Positions 25,983 through 42,200 of a DNA stretch of 64,000 nt are shown one piece after another. The notes under the pieces are model-generated. The model made no database searches. It worked only from the letters and a program-made list of their open reading frames with translations, and was not told where the DNA came from. Positions within the stretch are counted from its first letter, which is position 1. Every line of letters starts with the position of its first letter. Source of the DNA: Eledone cirrhosa. Its lineage: Eukaryota. The DNA lies in contig OZ024741.1 in assembly GCA_964016885.1 (NCBI GenBank), positions 122,698,001-122,762,000 of the forward strand. Direction: 5' to 3'. Made by a program: the position numbers and the translations under genes.

Positions 25983-28082
25983 ATGGATTTATACGAACTG
26001 AATTACTGCCTGAAGAACATTCCAACTCCCTCCAACCATGTTTACCAAAAGCTCCTCCTACAAAAAGCGGAAGACGTCGTCAGACTCTTAAGATGATGAG
26101 CCCTAGCTTTCGACGGCAAAATTACAGGCACAAACAACACCTTCAACCTGAAATCGAGAGCCTACCCTCCTAAGATAACCGAACTTGCTCCTTTCGAGAC
26201 GGACCTTCTTGACTTAGTCGCTAACATTTCCTTTCGCAAACACACTAACACCTTTCAAACGAAACTCAGAAACGATATTCAGAAATTTAGGTCTTCTAAT
26301 AACACCTTCGTCCTTTCCGACAAAATTAATAATATTTACGAAGTCGACAACACCACATTCCGCCACCTGGTCCATAACGCTATTACTTCTAAATATAAGA
26401 AAGCTAACCCTATGGCCTACCACGACATTAATACAGAAGCCAAGGAACTCGCCACCGACCTTAAGGTAGATAAGAAGCTACAATCTCTAGCTAAGCGGGA
26501 GGCGTTCCCCACATTGACAGATCACAAGGTAGACTTTACTTCTAACCCCACATATAGACTAGTAAACCCGGCACGCACAGATATGGGACTAGTCAGTAAA
26601 GCCATTCTTAGAAGCATAGTTAAGACCATTAGGACCAAGTCCAACCTGCCCCAGTGGGAGAACACCGACTCCGTAATTAAGTGGTTTAACTCCTTAAAAT
26701 AAAAAAAAAAGCGAAGTTCACACAGTTTGACATTGTCGATTTTTACCCGTCGATCTCAGAGACCCTGTTAAACAAAGCGTTTGACTTCGCTACCACTTAT
26801 ACCATCGTCGATGGTTTAGACAGGGAAATCGTCGCACACTGCCGGAAAACCCCCCTCTTCAACGACGGAGAAGCGTGGGCAAAGAAGTCTACATCTTCAG
26901 ACCTGTTCGACGTCTCCATGGGATCATTTGACAGTGCTGACGTATGTGACTTGGTTGGCCTTTTTATCTTAGACATATTACGTGTTAGATTCCCGGACTT
27001 CCACACGGGAATATACCGTGACGATGGACTGACTTTATCGAGCCATAAAAGTGGTCACGACCTCGACCGGTTTAAAAAAGACTTAGCTTCTACCTTCAAT
27101 GTGTTAGGCCTTAGGATAACAGTAGCGGCCAACCTCTCTAGCGTAGATTTCTTAGACAATAATTTAGATCTTCGCACACACACCCACATACCCTTCCATA
27201 AGCTAAACGAGAAACTTAATTACATTTACAAGGACTCATTCCACCCTCCCACTGTTTTAAGAAACTTTGTTAAGAATATCAGTACTAGAATCTCAAACCT
27301 CTCCTCTAATAAGGCTATCTTTGACAGGGCGGCACCATACTATAACACGGCGTTGGCTAACAGCGGCTTCTCACAACCTATCATCTACTCTCCTACTAGC
27401 AACAACACCATTAAGAAAAGTAAGCACATCAATAGACAAACTATCTGGTTCTCTCCTCCCTTCTCACTCAACGTTAAAACCAATGTATGAAAAAAATTTC
27501 CAGCCCTCTTAGATAGACACTTCCCCATAGGTCATAAATACCGCTCCATCTTTAACCGACACAAAGTTAAACTAGGATACTCCTGCGCTAAGAACATGAA
27601 GGCCCACATCACCAGCAGCCCTAGGAGCTACACCCCACCAGGGTGCTCTTGTCGTAAGCCCGAAGTTTTCCCGCTTCAACAACAATGCAACACACCAGCT
27701 GTAATCTATGAAGTTGTGGTCACTTCCAAGCGACCAAACGAACCACAGAAGGTCAAATCCTATGTGGGCATGGCGGAGGGCCGATTCAAGGAGCGTTTCC
27801 TGAACCACCAGTCTACCGGGCAGACGTTCATCCACGAAATTCGCGAGCCACGTATGGTCCCTCAAGGACTCAAGTATAGGGTACTCCATTCAATGGAAAG
27901 CCATCACTAAGTCCAAGCCATACGCAAGGGGAAATCTGACGTGTGGCTTATGTATTGACGAACGAATAACTATCCTAAAGAGATTACGCAATAGTGATTG
28001 CCTAAACACGAGAAGTGAATTTTTCACACGTTGTCTACACGTCACCAAACATCTATTGCATAACTACAAATCCCCGGACTGA
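25983..28082 (+). pseudogene. Naiad-type RT plus GIY-YIG ORF, disrupted
   Basis: MDLYELNYCLKNIP..; RLVNPA; FDIVDFYPSI; MGSFDSADVCDLVG; YRDDG; WFSPPFS..VKTNVG; CSC..PL..C; C.LC..E..LN.RSE..C.H; several stops and frameshifts. Confidence 0.9.
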
Positions 28083-28407
28083 TTCTTTGTAATTTTATTT
28101 TAATTTTTTTTATTTTATTTTCAACCAAAAAACTTACCGGACTTTCGCAGTTATCTCCCTTACACCCACCACACGCAGTTTAGTATTGCTTGTGTGAAGT
28201 GACCGAGTTTCTGCGCATGCGCGTTCGTACGGTTGTCCTTCCTGTTCCTATAACCATACACATCCCGAGCTAAAGATCCGCGAATGTGAAACAATTGTTC
28301 TCGGTATGGTGAACTAGCTGTTGTGCAACCACTTCTACCTAACTCGTCCCTTGGACTGAGTGCTCTACCACTACGGATATTACCTTCCAGTGTTCCACCA
28401 CTATATG

Positions 28408-28517
<110 letters not shown>

Positions 28518-28607
28518 TAGATAAATATACACGGGTGTGTATGATTGTGTATAGAAGATTATATTAATAAAAGGAATTCCAACTTTGTCTGATTTACTCA
28601 TATTATT

Positions 28608-28678
28608 TCGATAAAATAAAGTACCAGTAATGCACTGGGTAATTGCTGGCCTTGTGCCTAAAGTAGAAACAATTATTT
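28608..28678 (+). mobile_element. SINE 3' fragment; inverted counterpart at 40018-40112
   Basis: tcgataaaataaagtaccagtaatgcactgggtaattgctggccttgtgcctaaagtagaaac. Confidence 0.8.
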
Positions 28679-28689
28679 ACAATCCTTTA

Positions 28690-31600
28690 AAATTTATAAT
28701 GGTATTAGAATGAAATAGTATGGTAGAATATTAAATGTTAAGTGTTAATTGAACAAGCACTTTCATGCTTTCGCAATCTTCAGGTTCATAATGTGTGTTG
28801 ACAGTCATGTTTGCAATTTTCAACTGTAATGAGATGGCTAAATTTTGTGCCTTACATACAGTGAAAAGTGGCTCCAGAATGCTAATTCTTGCAAACTGTA
28901 TTTCGACCAATCGGTGTGTAGTTTCACTGACTTACTAAAGCTGATTGGTTTAGGCGTCATGGTTGGTTGAGCATGTCTAACGACTACTAATTGTTCCTAT
29001 CCAAAGCATCAATTGTTTTGCTATTTTTAGAAATGATGAAAATAGCATTTTCTAGTAGTCATCACCATCAACATCACTTTTATTATTATTATTATTATTA
29101 TTGTTGTTGTTGTTGGTGTTAGTGGTCGTAGTCGACATGGTCGTAGTCATAGTCATAGTAGGAGTAATCCCCCATTATTATTGTTCATTTAGCTTGGGTT
29201 TGAATTTATCAATAAAATTCTTTTCTTTGATTTTTCTCTTGATTTCACTTGGGCTGTGTAATTTGTAGAATGGGAATATTATAAATATTCCCTGACCACA
29301 TGTTGCTAGATGGTTACTTAGGGGTATCTGACGGACATTTGGGTCTCTGATTTGCTGTCGGTGTACCCGTGCACGTTCCGATAGTGCATTTCCAGTTTGA
29401 CCGACATATAGTTCTTCACAATTCGGGCATTTAATGCAGTAAATTAGATTTCTGCTTTTGCAGTTCATATTTGCATTTGGGAATATTTTTCCAGTTTTTG
29501 TCTTCATATATTGACCGGCGTGTATGGATTGACATGTGCCGCATCGATTATCATTGCATTTAGATACAGTGAATGATTGGTCTTTGTTGTTAAGGTCAAA
29601 CTTTGCTTTTGTTAGTAATTGCTTCAAATTTTTCGGCTGTCTTTTACTAAGAGTCAAAGATCGATCTGTGATTAAGACTTTTAATTCATTACTTTGAGCA
29701 ATGATCGGTTGGTTTGTTTTGGCAGTGTTGAAGATATTCTGGTGACATGGGTTGTGTGTCATTATAAATGGTATGACCAGTTTTTAGTTTCTTCTTCCTT
29801 GGGTTATCCTAAGTTGTTGTACAGGTATTTTTATAGCCCGCTGTATGCCTTTTTCTGTAAGTAGAGATGGGTATTTTTGCTTGAGCAAAAATTCTCTTAG
29901 TTCTGTTAGGCGTTTGTACCTGGTATTCGTATCTTCTACAATGGTACAAATTCTTCTGGCTAGGCAGTATGGGATGTGGCGTTTTGTATGAGGTAGATGG
30001 CACGACTTAAAATTCAGATATTGTTGGGTGTCTGTGTGTTTATAATATATATCCGTGGTAATGGTGGTGTTGTTTTTGATTATCATTATATCTAGGAGTG
30101 GTAATTTGGTCCTACTCATCTCTTTTGTGAATTGGAGAGATGGGTGTAGGTTATTCAGGAGGATATTGAACTCATCCAGAGTATCTAGAGATTCTCTCCA
30201 GGTGATGAAACAGTCGTCAAGGTATCTCTTCCAAGATTTTTCAATGTACTTTCTAAAGTCAGTACTATATTTTTCTTCTATTTGTTGGTAGAGTTGTTGT
30301 TCTAAGTATCCCATTACAGAGTTCGCGTAAACGGGAGCAAACTTCGTTCCCATCGCTGTGCCTCTAATTTGGATGTAATTCTTTCCATTGAAAAAGAAAG
30401 TGTTGTTTTCCAGAATAAGTTTAACTGCGTCTAATATAATTGGCGCTGTGAATCTGATGGGAATCACTTCTCTAGGTTTTTCCACCCAGTATTTAACCGC
30501 CTTTATTCCTAAATCATGTGTAATGTTGATGTAAAGGCTTACCACATCAAAACTAAGTAGAAATGAATTCGTTTCCGTGGTTTTGGGAAGATTGGACAGG
30601 AAGTCGATATCATCCGGGATGAAACTGGATATGTGAATACATAGTGGTTTCAAAATAATGTCAACAAAATTGCTTAGACGGTGGGTGGGGCATGTTGGAC
30701 CAGCTATAATAGGTCTAAGTTTTAAGTCTTCTGGGTGTAGTAATTTAATGTACTCACTGTTTTGTTCTCTTACTGCCAGTTGTATTTCTTTTGACTTATA
30801 AACTTTCGGTAGGCCATACGGGTTGCTGGGTTTTGGCTCAAAATTAGTGATGTATTCTCTTTCCTTATCAGTAAGTGAGTTGTGGTATTTTGAAGCCAGG
30901 TTGTTGATCTTCTTCATGATATTGTGGTCTATATTTGACGGTATTTCATGATAGAATGTTGTGTCTTTCAGTTGTTCCTCAACCAAATCCTTGTAGTATT
31001 CAGCATCTATTATAAAAACTGCACCCTCTTTATCTGCTTGTTTAATTATTATTGTTTTATCATTTTGTATACGTTTAAGTGCAGACATTTCTGATTTTTT
31101 TAATGTTTGGCCTAACTTTAGTATTACGTCTAAGAGGAAATTTAGACAGGATGTCAATGTATTGGTCGAGATAGATATTTCTTCCTTTTGGCGGAGTGAA
31201 ATTTGATTTATTCTTTACTAGAGATTCATCACTCTCATTACTTTTATCAGCGAAGAATTCTGCAAGACGTAATTTTCGACAGAATTCTTGGGTATCCTCC
31301 CTCAGTTCTTGATGGTTGACTGTTGAAGTCGGTGTGAATTTCAGTTCTTTTGACAGAATTTGTATTTCATCATTGTCAAGATCTCTTTTGGATAAATTAA
31401 TTATTTTAGGATCTACGTTATAGTTGTTTTGGGTATGTTTCCTCCTGGAGTTTTTCTTTTTCCGGTTTTTATTGTCCTGACGTTAAAAAATGGATTTTTC
31501 TCTGTTCAGGATTTATATTCCTGTTGGTATTTGCTTGATGAACTTTTGGTCGTGATATTATATTTGGTTTCGTTATGTATTTTGTCCTTATTTTTGGTAT

Positions 31601-31819
31601 TATATATATTATTTTTCCATTTCTTGTTAGCATTATTTTTAACAATCTGGGGAAATGACCTAGGTTTGCTTTCAGGTTTAGATCGTTTTTTCGCCCAGTT
31701 TCTTGTTGGTAATCTATGTTGAGATCTTGAGAGTGATCTGGTTATTCTAGTTTTGTTTCCCCGTTCCTTGTGGGTAGTCTCTGTTGAGATCTTGAGAATG
31801 ATCTCCTGGTTTTACTACT

Positions 31820-31822
<3 letters not shown>
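28690..31822 (-). mobile_element. Neptune-type PLE (RT, Cys linker, GIY-YIG) with pLTR
   Basis: ORFs 29784..31157 (ADK, YGLPK, RPII, SFDVVSLY, GTAMGT, RYLDD) and 29178..29762 (CNDNRCGTC, NLIYCIKC, YVGQTG, KPKLN); frameshifted. Confidence 0.92.
28750..28788 (-). ncRNA. Minimal type-I hammerhead ribozyme in the Neptune pLTR
   Basis: tgaac-CTGAAGA-t-tgc-gaaa-gca-t-GAAAg-tg-cTT-gttca. Confidence 0.8.
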
Positions 31823-31896
<74 letters not shown>

Positions 31897-32252
31897 TATA
31901 TATACATATATACATACATACACACAATGAATATATACATACACACATATATATATACATACATACACACAATCATACACATATACACACGTACCTACAC
32001 ACACATGCTTACACACATATATACACGCATACATACGCATACACAAATATAGATATATGTATACACACCTACATACGCACACACACAAATAATTATAAGA
32101 AAAAATATAATAATAAAAATACCGTCACATAAGAATAAAAATAAATGTAAAAATTATTATAAAGTTGACAGCAATACAGGTAACAAATAAATGAACAAAC
32201 ACACGTGGTAAGCAATACACACAATTGCACATACACACATAAAAATAAATAG

Positions 32253-32331
<79 letters not shown>

Positions 32332-32362
32332 TATACACATACATACACATACATATATACAT

Positions 32363-32401
<39 letters not shown>

Positions 32402-32505
32402 CACATACATATACATACAGATACACACACACATACAAATACATACACACACATCTATGTGTGTAACACTCATTCTTAGAAGTATTCATTGAACCTTGTT
32501 TAACT

Positions 32506-32553
<48 letters not shown>

Positions 32554-32569
32554 CATATACACACCTAGA

Positions 32570-34700
32570 ATTAAAGACATGGCCAACTTCGAATTAGACC
32601 TTGTTAATTTAATTAGTGATATCAAATTTCGTAAGTACAATAATAATTTTCAAATTAAACTGTCTAACGATATTTCTAATTTTTAAAATTCTACAAACAC
32701 TTTTGTTCTTTCCGATAAAACTAAAAATCTCTTTGAAGTTAATAGTATTTTGTATAACCAACTTTTAACCAACTTTTAACTATCACCAACAAATATCAAT
32801 TAACTAATAATAGCACCTACAATACTATTAATAAAGAAGCTAAGGAACTATCCTAGTTCTTTAAAAATAGACAACCGGATTGAAAGCTTAGCTAAACGTA
32901 AAGAATATATTACCCTTAAAGACCATAAATTAGACTTTACTAAATGACCTAGTTGTAGACTGATTAACCCGGCTAAATCCGAAGTTGGCCTTGCAAGTAA
33001 ACAAATCTTAAGAAAAATAATTCTCCAAATTAGAACTAAGACTGAACTATCACAATGGTTAAATACATCCTCTGTTATTTCTTGGTTTGATAATATACAA
33101 GGTAAAAATAAGTGTAGATTTACCCAATTTGATATTGTTGATTTTTACCTCTCTATTACTGTTTCCTTATTAACTAATGCCTTAGATTTTGCAAGACCCT
33201 TCATTAATATTTCTAAATTAGAAGAAGACATTATCTTTCATGCTAGAAAAACTTTACTCTTTACTAATGAAAGTATTTGGGTTAAAAAGTCAAACACTGA
33301 AAGCTCTTTTGATGTTGCAATGGGTTCATATGACAGTGCGGATGTGTGTGACTTAGTAGGATTATTCCTTCTCCACACCCTCAAAGATAAATTTCCTTCC
33401 CATAATATCGGTTTATACCGTGACGACGGATTGGCAGTTTCTCATACCACCAACGGCCATAACCTTGATAAATTCCGCAAAGATTTAATCAATACTTTTG
33501 CTAATCTTAACCTTAAAATTACTATAGATACGAACCTTACCAATGCTAACTTTCTTGACATTAATCTTGATCTACTTAAACCTTATCATAAACCTAACGA
33601 AAATCTTAGATATATACACAAAGAGCCTTGCCATCCCCCTATAGTTTTTAAAAATCTTATTCCCAACATTAGCGGTAGGATTCCTACCTTATCTTCGTCT
33701 CTAGACATTTTTAATAAAGCCGCCCCTTATTATAATAAAGCCCTTAATAACAGCGGATTTACAGAACACATTAATTATTTACCTACTCCCCCCCTAAAAC
33801 TAACAACAATAATAGGAAAAGGAAAATTATTTGGTTTACAGCCCCCTTCTCTCTAACTGTCAAAACTAATGTAGGAAGGAAATTCCTTGACCTGTTAGAC
33901 AAACATTTTCCTCCTAATCATAGATATTATAAGATATTTAATAGAAATGTAGTTAAAATCAGTTACTCTTGCTGCCCATCAATGAAGTCTAAAATCACTA
34001 CTTCTAATCGTACGAGAATAAATCCAGGATGCAGTTGCAGGAAGCCGGATGAATGCCCATTACAGGGCAAATGTAACACCAAATCCGTTGTATATGAGGC
34101 CAAAGTGACACCTTTAATTAACAACCAGCCAGCCAGGAGGGAACGATATGTTGGCATGATTCAGGACAGGTTTAAAACCAGGTTTTATGCACATGTCGCT
34201 TCTTTTAAACACTCCGATAAAAGATCAGCAACGGCTCTCGCAAATAAGGTGTGGGAATTCAAGGATAAAAACATCCTGTACTCTATCGATTGGTCGATTT
34301 TAGACCATTCGAGGGAGTACCAAAGGGGCACAAAGAATTGTTCTTTGTGTACCACTGAAAAATTTAGGATTTTACAAAACTTGAAAGCCACTTCAACTTG
34401 CCTGAACTCAAAGACCGAGATCTTCAGATGTTGTCCTCACCTGAAATCACATCTTATCTGTAACTGGATTGACATTCCTACGATAACCCAACCACCTTGA
34501 ACTTCTTCTCTGCTCTCTACGCCTTACATACACTACGAGTTTTTTACCTTCTGAACTCACTTTCTGTACTCTTATATTCTTTTTCTCCCTTATCTCCCCT
34601 TATATTTAAACCTTTTCCTATGTCATTTATTTTCCTTATTTTCCCCCCTACTTTCTACTTTACCCTTTACATACCCACCTTTTTATTTTTCGATATTTAT
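32570..34700 (+). mobile_element. Second Naiad-type PLE family, 5'-truncated and disrupted (ORF ends at 34500)
   Basis: CRLINPAKSEVG, FDIVDFY, MGSYDSADVCDLVG, YRDDG, CSCRKPDECPLQGKC, YVG, CSLCTTEK, CPH. Confidence 0.9.
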
Positions 34701-34723
34701 TTCTGTGTGTGTGTGTGTGTTGC

Positions 34724-34789
<66 letters not shown>

Positions 34790-34891
34790 GTATGTGTATA
34801 TATGTTTATATATATCTGTATGTATATGTGTGTGTGTATATAATTGTATTTTATATGCTTCTACTGTATTTGTGTGTGTATATATATATAA

Positions 34892-36999
<2,108 letters not shown>

Positions 37000-37015
37000 A
37001 TATATATATATATAT

Positions 37016-37102
<87 letters not shown>

Positions 37103-37260
37103 ATATTTGTGTGTGTGTACTTTTATATAATTGTTTGTGTGTATATATATAATAGCCTCAGAAACGGCTTCAGCTCTGCGGTCGGGGTCATACTTTTTCC
37201 TATATGCATATATATATACGTATATGTATGTATATGTATATATGTGTGTATTTGCATGGC

Positions 37261-37291
<31 letters not shown>

Positions 37292-37534
37292 GTATGTGTA
37301 TGTATATGCATAATTACATACAGTGATTTAATGCTTATTTTCATTGATCATTTGCTCAAGGACCTTGTTGAGTGCTCTAAATCAGCTATAAACATTTATA
37401 CCCTTTTCTAATTATTTATTTATTTATTATTTGTCGTATGCCCAGCTATTTATTTATCCCTTTCACCTTTTTATTTTTATATATATATAATATTTATGTG
37501 TTTTCTTATATATGTGTGTGTGTGTATATGTATG

Positions 37535-37615
<81 letters not shown>

Positions 37616-37742
37616 ATATATATATATTTAAGAGTTAAACAAGGTTCAATGAATACTTCTAAGATTGAGTTTTACACACATACATGTGTGTGTATGTATT
37701 TGTATGTATGTGCGTGTGTATATGTATGTATATGTATGGGTA

Positions 37743-37777
<35 letters not shown>

Positions 37778-37779
<2 letters not shown>

Positions 37780-38231
37780 GGAAAGTTATATTTAAATTGT
37801 TGGGTTACACCTAGTAAATATTAATAACTGATATAAAAGCACTCGACAAGTATTTGGAGTATATTTACGATATTAAATAAATGGAAACTATATTTATAAA
37901 ACCATATTTATTTCATTATATATATTTCAGGGATATCATATTAACAATATGCTATGCCTTCCTCAGACAAAATACAATATAAACAGTTTTATAGATAAAT
38001 AGATTTGACATACCGTACAACATCGACTTGTATTTGAATAGTTGAATTGGCAATTCAACTTTTCAAATACAAGTCGATGTTGTACGGTATGTCAAATCTA
38101 TTTATCTATAAAACTGTTTATATTGTATTTTGTCTGAGGAAGGCATAGCATATTGTTAATATGATATCCCTGAAATATATATAATGAAATAAATATGGTT
38201 TTATAAATATAGTTTCCATTTATCTAATATC

Positions 38232-38234
<3 letters not shown>
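37778..38234. mobile_element. Fold-back PLE pLTR; palindrome 37866-38234 (184-bp arms, 1-nt centre at 38050)
   Basis: About 2 mismatches between arms; a hammerhead in each arm; (TA)n flanks. Confidence 0.9.
38126..38191 (+). ncRNA. Type-I hammerhead ribozyme (mirror copy on - at about 37909-37974)
   Basis: tattttgt-CTGAGGA-agg..catatt-gtt-aatatg..cct-GAAAt-atat-aTA-atgaaata. Confidence 0.75.
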
Positions 38235-38305
<71 letters not shown>

Positions 38306-38814
38306 AGTCTTTAGCTATTGACCAGTTCATTTTATTGATTTTTTTGTTAATCTTATTGACTGATGAATAGCTCTTGTTAATTTTAACACGTCTGTTGAGA
38401 ACTCTAATTCGATATGTGATATTTTGTATTTTTACAAAAATATACACATTACTGAATTCATTCGCCTAATATAGGGTTCCCTCCCTTGCTGGACTCCATG
38501 TGCGTTTAGTAACGGGTCGGGTGTCTCTGTATTTTTGAACGAAATGCCTGCTGAGAAAGTAGTTTCCTCGTTCGTCTCTTTACCAGAAGTCAGATATATA
38601 TTTTATGTGGGCTGACGTTAATTGATTAAGGAACTACAGAAACCCATAAAGCTAGAATTTAACATCCTTCTAGCGGGTCCGGGTAAGATTTTACATTCAT
38701 TTAATTTATTAATTTATTAATTTATTATTTGTGTGACCCGAATTTTCCTGGGCGCTTTTTCGGCTTGCGAGTGCTTTTAAGCATTGTTTCTATGTGTTAG
38801 TATTTAAACGAGAG

Positions 38815-38998
38815 GGCGGTGGATTGGCAGTATCGGTAGAGGGTCGGACGCCATGCTTTCCAGCATAGTTACGTCCCTTTACGATCTGAGTTCAAATCCC
38901 GCCGAGGTTAATTTTGCCTTTCATCCTTACGGGGTCGATAAAATAAAGTACCAGTAATGCACTGGGTAATTGCTGGCCTTGTGCCAAAAGTAGAAACA
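38815..38998 (+). mobile_element. Full-length tRNA-type SINE with exact 16-bp TSD
   Basis: TSD agtatttaaacgagag at 38799-38814 and 38999-39014; A-box-like tggcagtatcgg and B-box gagttcaaatccc. Confidence 0.92.
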
Positions 38999-39108
38999 AG
39001 TATTTAAACGAGAGTTATAGCTCTGGTTTATCCAAACTATTGAGCCCTTTGCCATACATTTCGAAGATTGTGTTTTGTTATTTCGTGGGCCGAGATTCTG
39101 ATTCTCGA

Positions 39109-39172
<64 letters not shown>

Positions 39173-39527
39173 ATGTATATGTGTATGTGTATGTATGTGT
39201 ATATGTATATGAATGTGTATGTGTGTGTGTGTGTATGTATTTATTTGTATGTGTGTATGTGCAATTGTGTGTATTGCTTACCACGTGTGTTTGTTCATTT
39301 ATTTGTTGCCTGTATCGCTGTCAACTTTATAATAATTTTTACATTTATTTTTATTCTTATGTGACGGTATTTTTATTATAATATTTTTTATTATAATTAT
39401 TTGTGTGTGTGCGTATGTAGGTGTGTATACACATATCTATATTTGTGTATGCGTATGTATGCGTGTATATATGTGTGTATGTAAGTGTGTGTATGTACGT
39501 GTGTATATGTGTATGATTGTGTGTATG

Positions 39528-39562
<35 letters not shown>

Positions 39563-39568
<6 letters not shown>

Positions 39569-39780
39569 ATACTCTGGGAGGGTCATGTTGCCAATAAGAA
39601 ACACACGCACCAGATGCTTTCACTTCAATTTATTATAAATTTAATTTATAATAAATTGAAGTGAAGCAACTAGTGCGTGTGTTTCTTATTGGCAACATGA
39701 CCCTCCCAAATTATAACAATATCGGTTTCAACACACGTTTTCAGATAAAGAATCTTGCTAAACAAATTCAGAAACGAAAT
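39563..39780. mobile_element. Hairpin version of the 5733 family (about 78-bp arms, 39563-39720)
   Basis: Same termini and same 60-bp tail as 5733-6031, but a different fold-back point. Confidence 0.88.
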
Positions 39781-40513
39781 ATATATATATATACATGTGT
39801 GTGTGTGTGTTTGTGTATTTGTATGTATGTGTATGTATGAATATGTTGATATATATGTGTGTATATGTATATGTATGTGTATTTGTACGTGTATGTATAT
39901 GTGTATGCATGTATATATATATATATATATATGTAGGAGGTGAGTTTTATTGTAGTACAATAAAGCAATGCAAATATCGGATAAGTAGCACTCTATAGTT
40001 TGTAGGACTGGAGTATAAATAATTGTTTCTACTTTAGGCACAAGGCCAGCAATTACCCAGTGCATTACTGGTACTTTATTTTATCGACCCCATAAGGATG
40101 AAAGGCAAAGTCAAGATCAAAAGATATTATTAAACCCTTCAATATACAAACCTTAATTTAATATTATTCTTTACCCCCCGTTTTTCTTTTCAACAACTTT
40201 TAATTTCAAATTCTTTTAAATTATCTATTATCTTCCAACGGCTTTTTAACTTCTCTCTGTGAGAAAATATATATTTTTCTCAGTTGTAAAGGCTATCTCT
40301 CTCTCTCTCTATCACCCATCTCTCCTCCTCTCTCATCCTTCCTTCTTATACTACTCCCACACCATTCTCTACTCTCATCTCCTCCTCTTTCTCACCCTTC
40401 CCCCCCCCTCACTTTTTCCTAATATCACACATCAGTCTTAAATTATTTTTCATATGTTGATTTAAAACTTCACTATTCACAAGTGTTTTTTAACCTTCAT
40501 ATCATGTATCCCT

Positions 40514-40582
40514 ATTTTATCTGATGAAAACGCAGATATCATTTCATGATGATATTTGTTTTTGAAATGCGCATAATAAAAT
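40514..40582 (+). ncRNA. Intact type-I hammerhead ribozyme in a PLE 3' end (about 40115-40620)
   Basis: attttat-CTGATGA-[aaac-gcagatatcat...atgatatttgt-tttt]-GAAAt-gcgc-aTA-ataaaat; 7-bp stem I and palindromic stem III. Confidence 0.85.
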
Positions 40583-40825
40583 GCTTGGAACTCTTTTAAC
40601 CATCTTTTGATCTTATATTATATATATATATATATATGTGTATATGTATGTATATATATATATGTGTGTATGTATATATATGTGTGTATGTATATATGTG
40701 TGTGTATGTAATTGTGTGTGTATGTGTTTATTTTTCCTTTCCTTCTTCCTTTTCCAGCCTCACTTTCATATGGATTATATTTTTGCTTTTAAAATCCAAT
40801 GTCAATAAATACACCACGATTTTTT

Positions 40826-40881
40826 CATTCTGATGATTGAAAGCAAAATTTGTTTGCTTTCAAGAAACCACTGGTAAAATG
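40826..40881 (+). ncRNA. Type-I hammerhead ribozyme
   Basis: catt-CTGATGA-ttgaaagcaaa-atttg-tttgctttcaa-GAAACc-act-gGTA-aaatg; perfect 11-bp stem II. Confidence 0.8.
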
Positions 40882-41874
40882 AAATAATTGCCTTATGTTG
40901 TTTATTACATAACTATATATATATATATATATATATGATAAAAATGGAGCGCTGCGTGGATGCACATGGGTTACATATGAATAAAATTAGTCCTTCATCA
41001 GTGATCTTCCAACTTTCATTGGTATTTCATCGCTTTAAAAATCATATACCTCTGGTTGGTGCGAGCAATAACTAAATAAATTTATTGGGACAAGTAAAAT
41101 AGGGTGAAACGAGCGAGACATGTAAACAAACAACGATGGTATGGCAACATATATATATATGAATATTTTTAAACAAACAAATACACATGCACTCACATCT
41201 GAGTTCATGGGTGTTTCTGTCTGTGTGAAAAAAAATAATATATATATATATAATAAACATATAAATTAAATACAGACAGAAACACACATGTACTCGCATA
41301 TGAGTACATATCTGTTTGTTTGTTTAAACATATTGTTACTTATATATGCAGCTGATTTTGATTTATAGACCCGGACAAATATATTTATATTAATAAGAAC
41401 ATTGAAGAAAACCAGAAAAGGAAGGGTCTCTTAATTTAAAATGTTGTTTATAATTAACTTTTATTCTTAGTATTTAAAATATTTGCATATTTAGCAGCCA
41501 TTTTAATATTCATTGTGAATAAATTTACTATTGACTGCTGCTCTGCTGGAAAATGTGGAATCATAATAATCAAATGGAAAAATCGATATTTTCAACTTCA
41601 TTAACTATTTTTCTAGCATTTTAATGTTCCTGAAATATCATCCGGAATAATTATTTCAAAATTTTAATGCAGACATTTTTCGATGAAAATAATCATTTCG
41701 CACTGCAAGACAACAAACATGTTATATTTAAAAATCAATTCAGGCATATAAGATATAACATGTATGTATGTTTTATCGTTCTCTTAATTTTCAGTTTAAT
41801 TTTGAGCGGCTACTTTGTCGGTGGTTATGTTGTAAAGAAAAGAAAACTGTCGCCATCTCTTGTGTAAGTGTTCA

Positions 41875-42200
41875 TCATTTGAATCGTAAGAATGTTTAAC
41901 AGATTTTGAAGGTTCCGGATATGATGGCTATGTGTAGCTTATGAAGTAAGGAGCAACGTTCTTTCTCTACAAATCCAAATTCAGTCATACTTGTAACTAG
42001 GTGGGTGGGTTGATATATATAACTTGTAGCTCCAATAATAATGGGTATAAAGCTGAAAGTGTATCTTAGATGCTGGATCTACAAATGCCCCATCAATGTT
42101 CCCTAGTTATCTTCCTTCTCTTGCATGTTTCTTACCAAATTGACATCAAGTGGGCAGCTGACTGCTACAACAAAGCATGTTTTTAATGTGTAGATTAAAG
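41875..42200 (-). pseudogene. RLE-type non-LTR retrotransposon C-terminus (second family)
   Basis: CFVVAVSCPLDVN..EKEDN..FIPIIIGATSY..LH.AIISGTFKIC*TFLRFK*. Confidence 0.7.

Larger units (their letters stand above)
24350..28402. mobile_element. Naiad-type PLE: full-length + copy (25770-28402) head-to-head with a 5'-truncated inverted copy (24350-25735)
   Basis: 24350-25735 is the reverse complement of about 26966-28336; 25770-25828 is repeated at 28345-28402; hammerheads at 24381-24428 (-) and 28261-28308 (+). Confidence 0.92.

Noticed and set aside
26094-26099. In-frame TGA-TGA (and TGA at 32945-32947) in Naiad ORFs as possible selenocysteine, since some Naiads are known selenoproteins
   Set aside because: The positions correspond to W/R-type residues (RxRWRA motif), not conserved Cys. 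The zinc-binding Cys positions are not TGA, and other stops and frameshifts are present.
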